Below are positions 11,034-24,424 of a stretch of 43,688 nucleotides of DNA, in pieces. The notes below the pieces were generated by a model. That model made no database searches and was not told the origin of the DNA. It was given only the letters and a program-made list of their open reading frames with translations. The stretch's first letter is position 1; every line of letters starts with the position of its first letter. The DNA is from Chiloscyllium plagiosum (Eukaryota), in NCBI RefSeq assembly GCF_004010195.1, contig NC_057718.1, forward strand, positions 46,954,091 through 46,997,778. The letters run 5' to 3'. The translations under genes were made by a program, and so were the position numbers.

Positions 11034-11535
11034 AGTTAGGAAGGCAAATGCAATGTTAAACATTCATTTCAAGAGCACTAGAATACAAAAGCAGAATGTA
11101 TTGCTGAGACTGTAGAAGGCTCCGGTCAGACCACATTTGGAATATTTAAGCAGTTTTGGGTCCCACATCTAAGGAAGGACGTGCTGGCATTGAACAGGCC
11201 TGGATACAGCGGACGTGGAGAAGATGCAGGAGAGACTAGAACCAGAAGGTACAACGTCAGAGTGAAGAGACAATCCTTTAGAACTGAGATGAGAAAAATT
11301 CTTTCAGCCCACGGGTAGTTAATCTGTGAAACTCATTCCCGCAGATGGCAGTAGAGGTTAAGTCATTGAGTGCATTTAAGACAGAGATAGATGGATACTT
11401 CTTAACTAAGGGATCAAAATTTATGGAAGGCGGCAGGAGAACAGGGTTGAGAAACATATCTGCCATGATTGAATGATGAAGCAGACTCTGAGCCAAATAA
11501 CCTAATTATGCTCTTATATCTTCTGATTTTATGAT
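11034..11535 (+). mobile_element. Older CR1 3' end on the right side of the gap
   Basis: Motifs KANAMLTFISRALEYKS and RPHLEY, with deletions and frameshifts. The CR1 tail reads CCATGATTGAATG...CCTAATTATGCTCTTATATCTT. Confidence 0.85.
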
Positions 11536-11777
11536 TAAGACAGAGAAAAATATACTTAAATTTTCACATTTAAAATTTAGGTCAAATATACTTTACTTGA
11601 TGAAAGAAATGTAAGTATTAGTCAGATCACAACACCCAGTATTTAAATAAACGAATGACGAGAGAGCATGGACGATTATATCATTCATCAGCTTCTTTAT
11701 CAAATGACAAAACATATCTATCTAGCTTGACAAATATTAATAATTTAACAATCCTCCACCTACAAATCATAACTTAC

Positions 11778-11883
11778 CTGTGCAGATGCATTGAGAAGTC
11801 CAGATGATGTCCCCTCAGGCTCTGGGTAAGTTATTTCAACACCAAACTCAAATCCCAATGGAAGATAACCAGTCATGAAAAAA
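11778..11883 (-). CDS. FLVCR1: FLVCR1 exon 7 (106 nt), the last FLVCR1 exon found in the window
   Basis: Acceptor ttatattttcag|, translation (G)[35 protein letters not shown], donor CAG|GTAAGT. Exons 1-7 total 1299 nt (433 codons), so the exon ends in phase 0. Confidence 0.95.
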
Positions 11884-14529
11884 CTGAAAATATAAAAACG
11901 TATTTAGTCACTTTGCATAGAAAACACAGCAAACAACCAAGTGTAAACAGCATTTTTGAATCCTTTGGTGACTGAACTTTCAAACAGTCCAGTTCTAATT
12001 TCAGCTGTGAAATGTTGAGTAAATACAAATTATTTTATTCAAGTACATAAATATTACCAAACATTTTAACAAGATTCAGATACTTACAATAATCTAATCG
12101 CAGTGAAAATATTTATTTTGACTTCAATACTTAGCAAGTGCAAGTTTTTAACAATGAAATAAATTTTAAGAATTAAAATGCTAGATCTGACATTGAAATA
12201 CTAAGTTACTTTCCCAGGTTATTCAAAACCCCCAAGTGTTGCATCTGTACTATACATAGATTGCCAGATCACTTTAGCTGTTAGAACTGTAAGTGTAATT
12301 GTTATCTACATTCATCTAGAAACTCAAGCTCACAATAACGTATGGACTAAAGACTTTAAACAAATGCATTTAGAAAACTATTCTTTAAAATGGGAACGTT
12401 TGCATTCATCAAACTAGAAACAAATTACTTTTATTGCAAATTCAAACTACATGTCTTGCTTTGTGTTTATGTGGTAAATATTTACTATAGTTAAACTTTT
12501 GTTGTCTGCATTAAATTGTGAATATTCTTCTAGATTGTTTGTACTGAACTTTTTTCATGCATTATTTAAGAAATATAAAAAGTAATTTCAGATATTGTCA
12601 AAAAATATGACTGAAGATTTATCATGCAACTCAACTAAGTATTGGATGAAACACTTCTACAAATGTGCATTTGCTCAGATATACCCAAGTTCAATACTAT
12701 CAAATGACAAGAAATCTCATTTTTTCCCTTCAGCAAATTTTAAAATTGAAAACTGATCTTCGAACATTATACTTAAACATCCACAGAACTGAAGTACAAC
12801 ATGCAGCCAAATTTAATTGGTAGTTAATGAGTAAAAATGCATTAAGTAATCAGATGCACTAATCATTCTCCCTCCCAGCCCCCAACAAATGTTTCCAAAG
12901 TTTCTGAAATTGTTTCCAAATTAAGTCAATGATGGGTAGGCATTAGTAACTGAAATGGTACAGTCAAAACACCTTTATATTTAGGACAAAGCTATAAACA
13001 AAGGCGCTTAACTTGAATTTAATCACAAACCTAGCTAGGTAAGGATGAGGACTTAAGGATGAGGATTGAAGAATGGCACTGGAAATGACATGGGTGTAGA
13101 TGTGTGCCTTTCAACCTTATTAATGTATCAATTGTCAATCAACATTTCCTCAGTTATATCCTTAGTTAATGGCATCAGTGGAGGAGTTATTTTCTCATGT
13201 TTGAAATTTGGATCAGATCAATTTACCCTGGCTATCCTACACCTGTTTTAAACATTAATGTCATTAGGATTAATATCTGGATGAATAAAGATGCAACATA
13301 AGTTAGCTACATAGGTATACATCTCTTAAAATTACAAACTATAGAAACATCAACGCTGCTCTGCAGAGTGTTAAAAAAGCACATAGTATCTGCAGCAAAC
13401 CACACTGCTACAAAGCCAATTTAGTTACTTGGGGAGGGGCATGCTAAATTAAAAAAGAGTAACAGATTCGACTCTGACGAAATGAAACTTTTAAATTCTA
13501 AAACCTATACTATTTGATTTACTATGGTGTTGATACTACTGAATCTATGCATATACAATTCCAACTTCTTGTGGGTACAGCAATGGCATATTAAGCACAA
13601 TCTGAAGTTCTCAATGCCAAGAATTTTACTGTATACCTTACAAGAGTCCCCAACGTCTACTAGGAAAAGTACTGATTATTTTCTTAAACTGTAAATGTGC
13701 TAGTTATTGCACACATGAATCATGCTATGCACTACAGATTCTGTCAGAACTGTAACACAGGGGTCACAAGGTGGTTCAGGACAGTTGAACTAATAAACAA
13801 AGTGGCTTTAAAAAAAAAGTGATCTGACCCCCTTCGATTTTTGGGCACGTACTGAAGTGAGAGCTTCCAGTGAATCATCTTTTTCACTTGCGGGTTTATA
13901 GTCACCGAGACGACCAAACTGTGTGCTTATTCAGCTGTTGTTCACCACTATAAATTGGGCACCACATGAAGGAAAAGGTTGGAAAACTGATAGTCAGTTC
14001 ATAATTCAACAGTGCAATTAACTAATTGAACATCATATGGTATTTTAGACATGTCACATTAAACAAAGATCACACTAAAGTGAGTGCAAAACAAATCTAT
14101 TCAATCTACATTTCACTGAATAGTCAGTAAAGTTAGTAAGTTTAGTTACTTAGCAATCAAAAAAGATAAATAAAATAACCCTGGCTAGCCACAGCAGAGG
14201 GAATAGAGATAATTAAATGAGCAATGTATTCATTTCATAAGTGAACAGAGACTGGCAAAAACACTGTCTGCAACAATAACTTGTATTTTACATCTGAAGT
14301 GGAAAAGAACAAATTTTTAAACATGTTAATAAAACATCAACCACTTTAAACAAATTAGTTTATTACAGTGTCCTGGAGCATGAGCAAATACCCTTACAGC
14401 TGTCTGGAAGAGTTCAACTGCTCCAGTGCACGCAGCTTTCAATATATGTGCGCTGTGGACACAATGCTGTATATTCAGTGTGCTCACCTCTGAATGAGAA
14501 GGTCTAACCTTCTCAACAGTTCAAAGCTA

Positions 14530-14810
14530 GGATAGGAATTATTCCACTCAGCTTTGAGAATTATCTTTCAACCTGTATGGCATAGGTTTTCCTAACTAAA
14601 GGTGGGTGACCACCTCTTCCTAAGCTTTTGTTAATAGTGCTCTTGAACCAGCTCTTTGGAGGTGTGCAATTGGCTTCCCTCCCTTGCTCTGGGGAAGCAT
14701 CTCCCCTAGACTAACTGGTTGAGATCAAGAACTCACCATACAAGGAATCGCGCGGTGAACCCATGTCCATTACTCTGTGGCGCAACATGTTAGTACACCA
14801 CTGGGCCACC
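14530..14810 (-). mobile_element. tRNA-headed SINE-like element (family not identified)
   Basis: The minus strand begins GGTGGCCCAGTGG (A-box-like, 14798-14810) and has GGTTCACCGC (B-box-like, 14752-14761). The 3' boundary is uncertain. Confidence 0.45.
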
Positions 14811-15579
14811 TACAAACATTTTAAAAAACATTATGTCCCTAACAAGTATTGAAGAACAATAAAAAGCGGATACATTGTCACAAATAAATTTGATAAAAGA
14901 TTCCATTACATCTCAATGGAGGGTTCAATGGACAAGCTTATTTATTGCATTTTATTGCTTGGAGTGATTAACTTGTATATTTGAAACTAAAATCACTGAC
15001 AAGCAGTTAAGAATATTCCTAAAATGTTTCTATTTTCAGCTTGAATGCATTATTATAAAAAAGTACATGTTTCACACAAAAAGCAAAACATTATTTGATA
15101 AGAAGCATTGGGACGCCATGTGACTGTCAGGTACACTGTAAATTTAAGCTGTTGAGGGTCTCAATAGGAATGGTAATTAATTTTTAGTACAGACCTATAG
15201 CAAACTTTGTTTATTAAAATATACACTGATTAAGAAGGATTATAAAAAGTTCTAATCATGATTCCAAGATTTTATTCTAATATCCCAATTAAGTGTTTTA
15301 AAGGCTTTTAGTCACGATATAACAGTGAGTAAGGAGCATGCAGAGAAAGAAGAGCAGCTGACAGTGTTAAGACTGCACTTGCTGAGACTCTGAATTAACA
15401 GTTCAAAGGTATATCATTCCATTCTCAAAATATATTTGGACCTCAAAAATTATCAACTTGAACTCACAACATTTAAAAGGAATGACATGGCAAAAGTAAT
15501 CTAATTATAATACTTATTCACAATACAAATACCATTCAGTAATCAATTAATATCAAGACAGAGACATCAGACTCCCCTG

Positions 15580-15880
15580 GTGACTCTGCAAGTCTGCTCA
15601 GTGACTAGTTTAAACAGATCAATAAGTTCCTGTGTTTTAATCTTCAGTCAGTGTTAGCTAATAGAGGTATAGACAATAGGATGGAACTTACTACTGTGGT
15701 GTGGAAGGGGGCAAAAAATAAGGCTGAGTTCCCAATTCTAATTGCTATCCAGTGTGTAGGTAACATATCAGAACAGGCAAGACTGAAATGTGATACCCAC
15801 TGAAGAATACCCTGATGTGCAAACCTTGATACTGATTATCAGGTTGAAACTATGCCTTAGCAAGAAGCAATTAACCAGAG
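15580..15880 (+). mobile_element. Possible ancient LF-SINE-like remnant
   Basis: The AAAAATAAGGCTGAGTTCC...TTGCTATCCAGTG...GTGATACCC pattern resembles LF-SINE as I recall it. It is highly diverged. Confidence 0.3.
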
Positions 15881-16148
15881 AGGAATGATGGCAAGGAAAA
15901 AAAAATTAGCAAAAACGGTTCACAAATTTTCATCTCATTGAATACTGCATTTTAAAAATTTAAACTAATCCTGCTGCAAAACTAACACCATTTAAGAATT
16001 AACTTAATCTGAATTATAAATAGATTTTTAAAAATCACTCCAATAAATAACATTAATAACACTTTCAATGCAATAGCATAAAAATACAGACAAAACACAT
16101 TAATGGATTCCTTTATCTATTTAGTTGAAATATAAAATGGTCTCTTAC

Positions 16149-16259
16149 CCCAAGGCTCCTGCTGTGACAAAGACTATTTGGATGTAACCAAGATTTAATG
16201 TGAAGGTGAAAACGAGCATTCCAATAAATGAGATGATGTAGACAGCAAGGGTAGTCTGT
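16149..16259 (-). CDS. FLVCR1: FLVCR1 exon 6 (111 nt)
   Basis: Acceptor tctcacttgcag|, translation (K)[36 protein letters not shown](G), donor GG|GTAAGA. Confidence 0.95.
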
Positions 16260-16440
16260 CTGCAAGTGAGAAACCAAGGAAAAGAATTACAAAAGGTAGA
16301 ACTCCCATTCAACATTTATATTAATACATTAGTTCTGGACTACTAGGAAAGACATGCATATATTTAACGAATGAAGATACAGGGTTGCTAAAAACAAATT
16401 TCTAGAAGAATTCTTCTAGTGGATTTTGAAATAAGACACT

Positions 16441-17075
16441 GGCTCAGAATTTGCTGGAGCGTGCCCTGTTAGTTAATACATCTCCCTTGCCTCCAACTCA
16501 AAAAATTGTGTTGCAAATTGCTTAAGTTCAAGCTGATAACAGCTTAGCTGGAATCCTGGTAAATGATGGGACCAACAGTTTATCTACTTAACCAATATGA
16601 TTTAAGGACAGAAAAAGAAACAAGAATGACATAAGGAAGTAGGGTAGATTAGGCACAGCAAGAGAAATAAAGAGGGGGGAACAAAAATGAGAGAGAGCGA
16701 GAGAGAGAGAAAGAAAGAAAAAAGAAAGAAAGAAAGAAAGGGGAAAGTGAGGGTTTTCTAAAAAAAAATTGTGAATAAAAACTGCCTACAGGAATCAGTT
16801 TCCATTATTTCAATTGTTCCTTTTCTGGGTCAGAGATCTAGTGGCAAAGCAGGATCATTAATCTAGAAGTTATAAATATCCTAACATCTTTAAAGTACCA
16901 TCCCCAACTTTGTGGTGAGCTTAGTTGGTGATTAAAGTGGAAATGCAGGACTTTCCTGAAACTCTATGAAGACATTTATAGCAAGCTGCGATTCTCAGCA
17001 CAAGTACAGGACAATTTCAAACTAATAATGGCATGCACCTTAAAATTCACTGATTTTCCCAGCAAATTCTGGGCC
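16441..17075. mobile_element. Non-autonomous DNA transposon (PIF/Harbinger-like MITE)
   Basis: Terminal inverted repeats (TIRs) GGCTCAGAATTTGCTGG / CCAGCAAATTCTGGGCC match at 16/17. A 3-bp ACT flanks both ends (16438-16440 and 17076-17078). Confidence 0.7.
16686..16745. repeat. (GA)n/(GAAA)n microsatellite inside the MITE
   Basis: gagagagagcgagagagagagaaagaaagaaaaaagaaagaaagaaagaaag. Confidence 0.9.
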
Positions 17076-17836
17076 ACTGGTTCATGCCAAATTAGGTACA
17101 TATAAGCAGACAGATTTCTATTAGGGTTGATACAATAAGTGTTTTTAAAAATTCCATACCTTCCACTGAAATGCTAAACACAACTGGCTGAAGAGTTGTT
17201 TCATATCAGAACGTTTTCACTATTGCCCACTAATTGACGTCAGTGAGTAATAGTCTTCAGTGACTGATGTTAGCAGACAATAGAACAGACACTGCTGCCC
17301 ACTGTCACAAAGCACAGGCAAAAAGGGTTACAAAGTTCCCCATTTTGAAAAATAAATTTAAAGTCTAGAGATGTAATAAAAACACCGAGTTTGGGCTACT
17401 AAAACAAGTTTAACTCATTTTCGTTAAAGTGATCAAGTGTGCAATAACTTGTTCAAGTTCTGGTTTAAGGTCCACATTTTACCCCTAGAGCTCTCCAGTG
17501 GAGTAAAGATGTATACAACTACACACCAATTTGAGAGAAATATCCAGATTCCTAGCCAACATTCTTCCTTTCACAAATTATAAAGTGCAACTAATTACTT
17601 GTTGCCTGTTACTAGCATAGAGGATTTGCCAAACCAGACGGGTCAAATATAATTATAGCTGTTACAATGCAGCAAGGCCTATTGAAAAGTAAATACAGAT
17701 AAGAGCAATCAATAAGGTTCATGAATTGTTAAGCTTTGAAATAAAGTGTGGATGTGATGCTTCAGTTATACAGCACCTTAGAATGCATCTACAATACCAG
17801 ATTTAAGTTTACGCACTAGGCACCAGGAAATGCACA

Positions 17837-18005
17837 GAAACAAAAACAGAAGTTGCTGGAAAAGCTCAGAACTGGAGCTCTGATGCAGGGTCACTGTACC
17901 CATAATGTTAACTTTGATTTCTCTGCACAGATGCTGCCAGACCTGCTGAGCTTTTCCAACAACTTCTATTTTTATTTCTGATTTGCAGTTCTTTCAGATT
18001 TTATT
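17837..18005. mobile_element. Older fold-back PLE-derived element
   Basis: Inverted arms GAAGTTGCTGGAAAAGCTCAG / CTGAGCTTTTCCAACAACTTC, a decayed hammerhead-like CTGATGC-AGGGTCACTGTACCC, and a degenerate TSD (caccaggaaatgcaca / tactaggaaatataca). Confidence 0.7.
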
Positions 18006-19956
18006 TACTAGGAAATATACATTGTGCTTGGAGATTATAGTGCAGATTCATCCAAAGGACACCACAATTTAAATTATAAAGACGTGTACCATTATGTTTA
18101 TATTCCCTTGAGTTTATGTAGTTTTTTTTTGGGGGGGGGGAGCGGGGTTTGCCAGTGGTGTTTGAAATTATATAAACTCATTTTCCACTGGTGGGAGAAA
18201 TCCAAAACAATAGATCATCTTAAAATTTAGCAAAGCCTTTAAAGGTGAGAACCTTTCCCAAACAACAGTGAGTAGTAAAAGCATGTAACGTTCACAAAAG
18301 AGCCTATGGATGCTGGGACAATTGAAATTTAAGTCAAAGATGAGAACAGTTTTGAAATAGGAAAATGCTGGACAATTCATCAGATAGATCAGCAGAGGAA
18401 GGAGAAAGAGATTTAACATCTGCAGTCAATTTCCCATCAACAGCATTTCTGGTGTGTTTAAAACTTCCAGTTTGCACAGTATTCTGTTTCTAGATTAATG
18501 CATAGATTTTTGTTTGGCTTCAAAGAATATGGCCAAAGGTGACAAGATAAATCATCCATAATCTAACAATAAAAGACCAGACTCTACAGAATGAATGACA
18601 CATGCTATAGACCTGGATCTCATCAAAAACTGTGAACATTCATGTGAACTAGTCTGCAGAAAGCAGTTTCATAGATAGATGTTACAGTACAAGCATGTAT
18701 CAACGTAGCAACTGAAGCAATTTGCCAAATTCGCAGGTGTACTAATTCGCAGTTTTAACTGAACCTTACCACACTTCTTGATAAACAAAGCTAGCTAAAT
18801 ATATTTATATTTTAGAAAAGGGACTTTCAGATAACCTATTAATAATTAGAACTGCAATTAATTGCTAATTACTTATTTTGTAGATTATAGCAGACAAGGA
18901 TTTTGGAGTTGGCCACAAATATTCAGATTGCTACAAGACAATATTAAGCTTTTGAACAAGAGATATAAAGGTCATTAGTCAAGCACATCATCAAGGATTT
19001 AACAGTGAAATTCTAAACATATCATGCTATTTTCTTGCATTCCTAGAACCTTTTACATTTGGATGTCAGTTGAGTCTTTGTTTACTATTGTCATTTTGTG
19101 TTATATATTCTAGTTAAGCAATCCCTTCGGAATATCAGGTATTATGCTGTAGAACAATTGGATAACTGAGAAATTGGTTCTTGAAATTCAGTTCAAAACA
19201 GCAAGCTGTTCAGTTGCCTATTCTGCAGAAAATTGACATTGAATGTTGTTATGCAGATATCTAAATCACCCAGATGATGTCTTGGAGAACTATGACTCTA
19301 TAGATTTCTAACCATAAAGTTTGGATGGTAAACTTTTTCATCTATTACTACTAAAATAGTGAAGAGTGTAGAGAAGAGAAAGAGAAAAAGAAGAAAGAAA
19401 CACATTACAGAGAAATAGATTTACATTCTAAAATATATACATATATTACCACAAAGAGAAATTAAACAGCATGTTATTTTCATGAAATGTTTATGTATTA
19501 TAATTATTGAAATCACAGCAGGAAACCTAATAATTCAAGGCTTCAGATACAGATCGAAAACATTTGGGTAGCATGCCTCAACATAGTTGGCTTAGCAAGG
19601 ACTTTAGGTGCTGGCACTAACCATCACTATTTACAGAATAGAGCTCTCCGTAGACCTAATGGTACAACACCTTTTCCTTCACTATGTTCAAGCAAACTAC
19701 GTCTAGATTGGTACAAGTCAGTCAAGTCAAGCCTGAAAAGCGTGACTTAAAAATCAAAAATTTACGTGAATAGGTTATGGTGTTATTAGATTTAGTCTGA
19801 TTTCTAGAATCATCATATTCAATGTTTGAGTTGTCCTACAGCAAGCAAATGGAAAGTGTACCAGTAAGAGTCATAAAATCAACAAGTCAGGACAAATTTG
19901 GATTCTTCGCACACTTACACAGACTGCAGTTAAGTGCCGAAAATGGTTATACTCAC

Positions 19957-20060
19957 TTGTATGTCTTTGTACGGTCCACCCAGAAACCAGAGATGATGGA
20001 ACCTACCATCCCTGATACCACTAAAGTTAGTCCAATTCTGCCAGCATTTAATTCTTCACC
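19957..20060 (-). CDS. FLVCR1: FLVCR1 exon 5 (104 nt)
   Basis: Acceptor tttgttgcaag|, translation [34 protein letters not shown](K), donor AA|GTGAGT. Confidence 0.95.
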
Positions 20061-20846
20061 CTTGCAACAAAAACAAAATTCAAATTGACATACAAAATGT
20101 TTTCCTCCTATCTAACAGGATGCTAACAAACATCCCACGGTGCTCTGCTAGCAATTATCAGGCATAAAATCCGAAATAATCCAATATGAAATCAGTCAAT
20201 TTTCACTTTCCTTCATAAAGTATTCTTACACCTGTGAAAACATGCAATATAGATGGGAGCAAAATGATACTATACGCAAGACAAATATAAATTAGCATGT
20301 GTTAAAATAAAGTGAACGGATGCAAAATAATATTAATGTGGAACTGCAAATCACAAGGAATCAATGGGGACCCGAAGTAAATCAGCATTGATTTGTTTTA
20401 CTAAAGAGTCAATTAACAGAAACAATGCAAGATCAGAAGGCAACTATGTTACAGTTAAGTAACTACTTGCAAAATTTTATCAATGGATTCCACTGTCAGC
20501 AAGGGCAAAAAAAATCAAAAAGCTATGCATGTTTGGAAACAACTGAGTTTACATGTTATTCAGTTGGTGATCACCTTGATAACTTTATACAGATGCATTT
20601 TTAGAATAAAAAGTATTAAATACTAATCTAATTAAATTAAAATCATTTCAAACCCCCCACAAATACCATCTGTTATAAAGATAAAAGTAATATTACGGTA
20701 AGGAAAGCAGACATTGAATTTGGTCAAGTAATCATGCATTTTACTCGTGAAAACAGCTCATATTTCACAAGAAAAACTTTTGTTAGGGTGATTGGAGATT
20801 GAAACTTCATATGAAATTTCACTTAGTTTGAAGATTACCAACTTAC

Positions 20847-20914
20847 CTCATAGTAAGTAATGATCATCTGATTTAATAGCGTTCCTACAGAATAATAGGA
20901 GCCTGTCAGAATAC
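20847..20914 (-). CDS. FLVCR1: FLVCR1 exon 4 (68 nt)
   Basis: Acceptor atctcttttag|, translation (G)ILTGSYYSVGTLLNQMIITYYE, donor GAG|GTAAGT. Confidence 0.95.
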
Positions 20915-21896
20915 CTAAAAGAGATAAAATAAATGTATTAGCTCAGCTACAGTAATACATCTCTTAAAACACACAATATTATTCCAAGCTTTATTCGACT
21001 GTAGACCCGCCTTGCCTGTTTATATTCTCAAGCTGGAGCTGAAACCTACAAGTCTTGGATTAATCCTATGCTCATCATGTCCACCTAATGCAGAGTGATA
21101 GTCAATAAATGTTGAATTAAAGAGTCAAAACTGTAGAGTACAAGTCCTAAACTATGAATAACTTCAAATTTTCCACAGTATGCCATTAACTAACCCATTC
21201 CAACAACAAGTTCCATGAACTGTCTTTGAAGTGAATAAGGCAATGTCAGTGCAAAACCTAATCTAAACACCCTAAGCTTCAACTTCTGCTTGCCATTGAG
21301 GTGACCCTGTAAAGCGATTCACTGGCATGAGCCTTCCAATGTTATGTTGTAAAAGATATCACAATTTCAGAGGACTGAGAACACCCTCAGACATTCTACT
21401 CTAGAGTAACCATTTACAGGAAACCAGAGTGGAGGACTGATTTAAAGGGAAATAGGTTCACCCTGATTCAAAGATTTCAAACAAATCCAAGAACAGTTGA
21501 ATGAAGGTAAAATCATTGAGAATTAAAGTCTGTTCTATGTATGAGATGGAATATATTTGTCCAAACTAATCAACTGCTGATGAATTAAGTCGTCAAAGAA
21601 AAATTAATCTGTTAATCAGGAATATTTTGATAGAAGCTCATGGTTGCGCCATAGTACTTCAGTAGTTTTTATGCCAATGAATTTTTAATTTGCATAGAAA
21701 GCTCTTGTCAATATATGATCACCAGACCCAGACCTGCAAACCTAGAGAAAATTTTGAACACTCAGTCCAACAGTTATGAAGAACATTCAACAAATTAAAG
21801 CTCAAGTACTAAACAAAGAACGAGAGTGAAAAGAAATAAATTAAATACAAAGTATCTCAAAACTAAAATTCAAATTGGAATTATTGAATTACTCAC

Positions 21897-22034
21897 CATA
21901 ACTTAGCAGTAGTAGCACAAATGGAACATTCTTGAACAAGTTTATAATTGATTGTTTATAAGAATACTCATCAGGAGTGTCCAAAAGCACAGCCTGTGAC
22001 TGACTTGGAGGAAGTGGAGGCTTTTCCTTGAATA
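21897..22034 (-). CDS. FLVCR1: FLVCR1 exon 3 (138 nt)
   Basis: Acceptor ttcttctaaatag|, translation (V)[45 protein letters not shown](G), donor G|GTGAGT. Confidence 0.95.
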
Positions 22035-23794
22035 CTATTTAGAAGAAAAAATATCAAGTGTAAGCATAGAAGGGCAAACTTCAGCCTTCCAAACCAAAAG
22101 CTAAACCAAGAATTGTGTACAACTTCAGTTTACAGCATTACAAGAATCCAAGATATAAGGGAAGATGGAGAGAAAAAGTAAATACTGTGACAAAAATCAG
22201 GAAGAAAGTTTAAATTAAAAAATTGGCAGTCACTAGGGGTAATAAAACCCCATCTTAATTCTAGAATGTCAAACTTCTAGCTTCTTGCACCACAGCACTG
22301 ATATGTATTTTCTTTAAAAACTTCCATCAACGCAAGACATTTTCAACATCTACTCCAATCTTCAGATTCCATCCGTTGCATGGGGAGAAGGGGGAAAGAG
22401 ACGTTCGAGTAGAGACCAGACCTAGATAACCTAAACCAGAAATGACTTAAAAGTTAAGGTTTACTAAATAATTTAGCCTCATTGGAAAAGTTAAACATAC
22501 CATGTATGCAGGCTAGGGTATGGACACCTGTTTCTCTAAGTTACTTTCTGCATACTATGGAGCCTTTCCAATTTTTTTTTCTAACTAATTGTTTGGATTT
22601 CTCATTACAAAATCAGGTACAGCTATTTTCCTACTACTGGGCAGAGAATAAACTTGCCCAACATAGGACCCAAACCCAATTTAACATTCCAGGATCACAA
22701 AGTTAACAATGATACCAGTTCAAATTAAAATCCTGATTAAAATGATTAATATCCATGTTTTCTCAAGTATTTTTATTCAGGCTAAAGGGGATTGAATGAC
22801 TACTAACAAGTGAAACACAGACCTATCAGCAAAGTGTACTTAAGTAAAATTACTCGCACAGTTTCTTCAGATCTGACATAGGCATGATGGACCAAATGGC
22901 CTCTTTTCATCTTGGATGACTATATTCAATAGCTAAAGAATCTTTTAATCCATGTTTAATGTACACGATAGAAAGCCAACAAAAGGCATGAATTAGGAAA
23001 GTGGATGCATTTATTAGCTACTTGGTAATCAGTTGAACTAGGATTTACATGGTTCCCAAACGAGAGTACAGAGTCAAGAGCACAAACACAATGCGAGCGC
23101 GCCATGGTACATAAAGCCCAGTTCAGATCAATTTTGACTGGGCAACAATTTTTCATTTTAAATTCCTTGTGCTTTGGAAAGTGGACATTTGTTCCTTAAT
23201 TATCCCCTATTACATGACAGCTGGGACTTGGATAATTTCTTGGAATTCATGTCCTACATTAAACAATCTATTCTACAACATCCTGTCCTAGTCAACCTAA
23301 ACTAAATTAGCTATGCTATGCACTAACTTACCCATTTAGACAAGGTTTCCACAAAGATGTATGATAGAGCTTAAATTCACTGATGAATTCATTAATTTGA
23401 TGCAGCCAAAATGACCGTAAAACATTTCGTATCACTGCAGAAACAAAGTGTTATGTTCTGCAGGTCTGATATTGCAACCACAGCAGCTTTGAAAATTTAC
23501 CAAATGCTGTCCAAACTGACCAATTGCCATGGTTAACTTGTATGCTGCCAAGTCAAGTTTGCTGAATTAAGGTTTGTTAAGGAATTGCATGATTTTAGAG
23601 TGTTATGCCAAGCAAAGTCTATTAACTAATGCAGTTAGGTGCTGACTCTAATGTTTGTTTTCAAGTGTGAAAAAATTAGTGTTTCTACCCTCTGGTCCAT
23701 CTTATTTGTATGCAAAATCCTGTGGATGCATGCTTTCACATACCAGCCATGAATACAATCAGAATTCACATTTTTTAAAACAAAATAAACTTAC

Positions 23795-23939
23795 CTGCTA
23801 CAACCAAGAAGAAGAGCACCGTGGCTACTGCTGCTGTTCCATAGAACAATATACTTATATTTCTTGCCATTAGGTTAAGATCGTCTTTAGTATTAGGCAC
23901 CAAAATTGGAGGTAAAAGAAATCCAAAAGCCACACCCAA
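23795..23939 (-). CDS. FLVCR1: FLVCR1 exon 2 (145 nt)
   Basis: Acceptor ttatttcacag|, translation [48 protein letters not shown], donor G|GTAAGT. The frame is continuous with exon 1. Confidence 0.96.
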
Positions 23940-24424
23940 CTGTGAAATAAAGAAACAATTCAAATATGAAAACATGACATTTGTTGTATTGAAATAATTG
24001 CAATTTATATTAAGTAGGGATAATCATTCAACAGCCTGGGTAGTATTTCAAAGCTCAAAACTCTTTTGTTTTATGTACAAACATAAGACTTGGGAGCAGG
24101 AATATGCCAGTCAGTCCCTGCAGCCTGCACCACCATTTAATGAGATGACATTTGATCCAATTGTGGGTTCAAAACATACATTCTCACCTACCCTATAAAT
24201 CTTCACTTCCTAACTGGAAATGCTTGCCTCTCAAAGATTGAGGAAATGAGAATGTTCTGAATTGGAGTTTGGCAGATTAAGATTAAGGTGCATACATTGC
24301 TATGGAGCTCCCTCTGCACTTGAACCTAGATAACCTATAGTCTAGATGCAAATTAATTATAGAGCTTTAAAAGATGAGGAGTTTGGTCACGAAGGAGCTA
24401 CCTGCACAACACTTATTTTTCCTT

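Noticed and set aside
10665..11063. ORFs full of X
   Set aside because: They are artefacts of the N gap.
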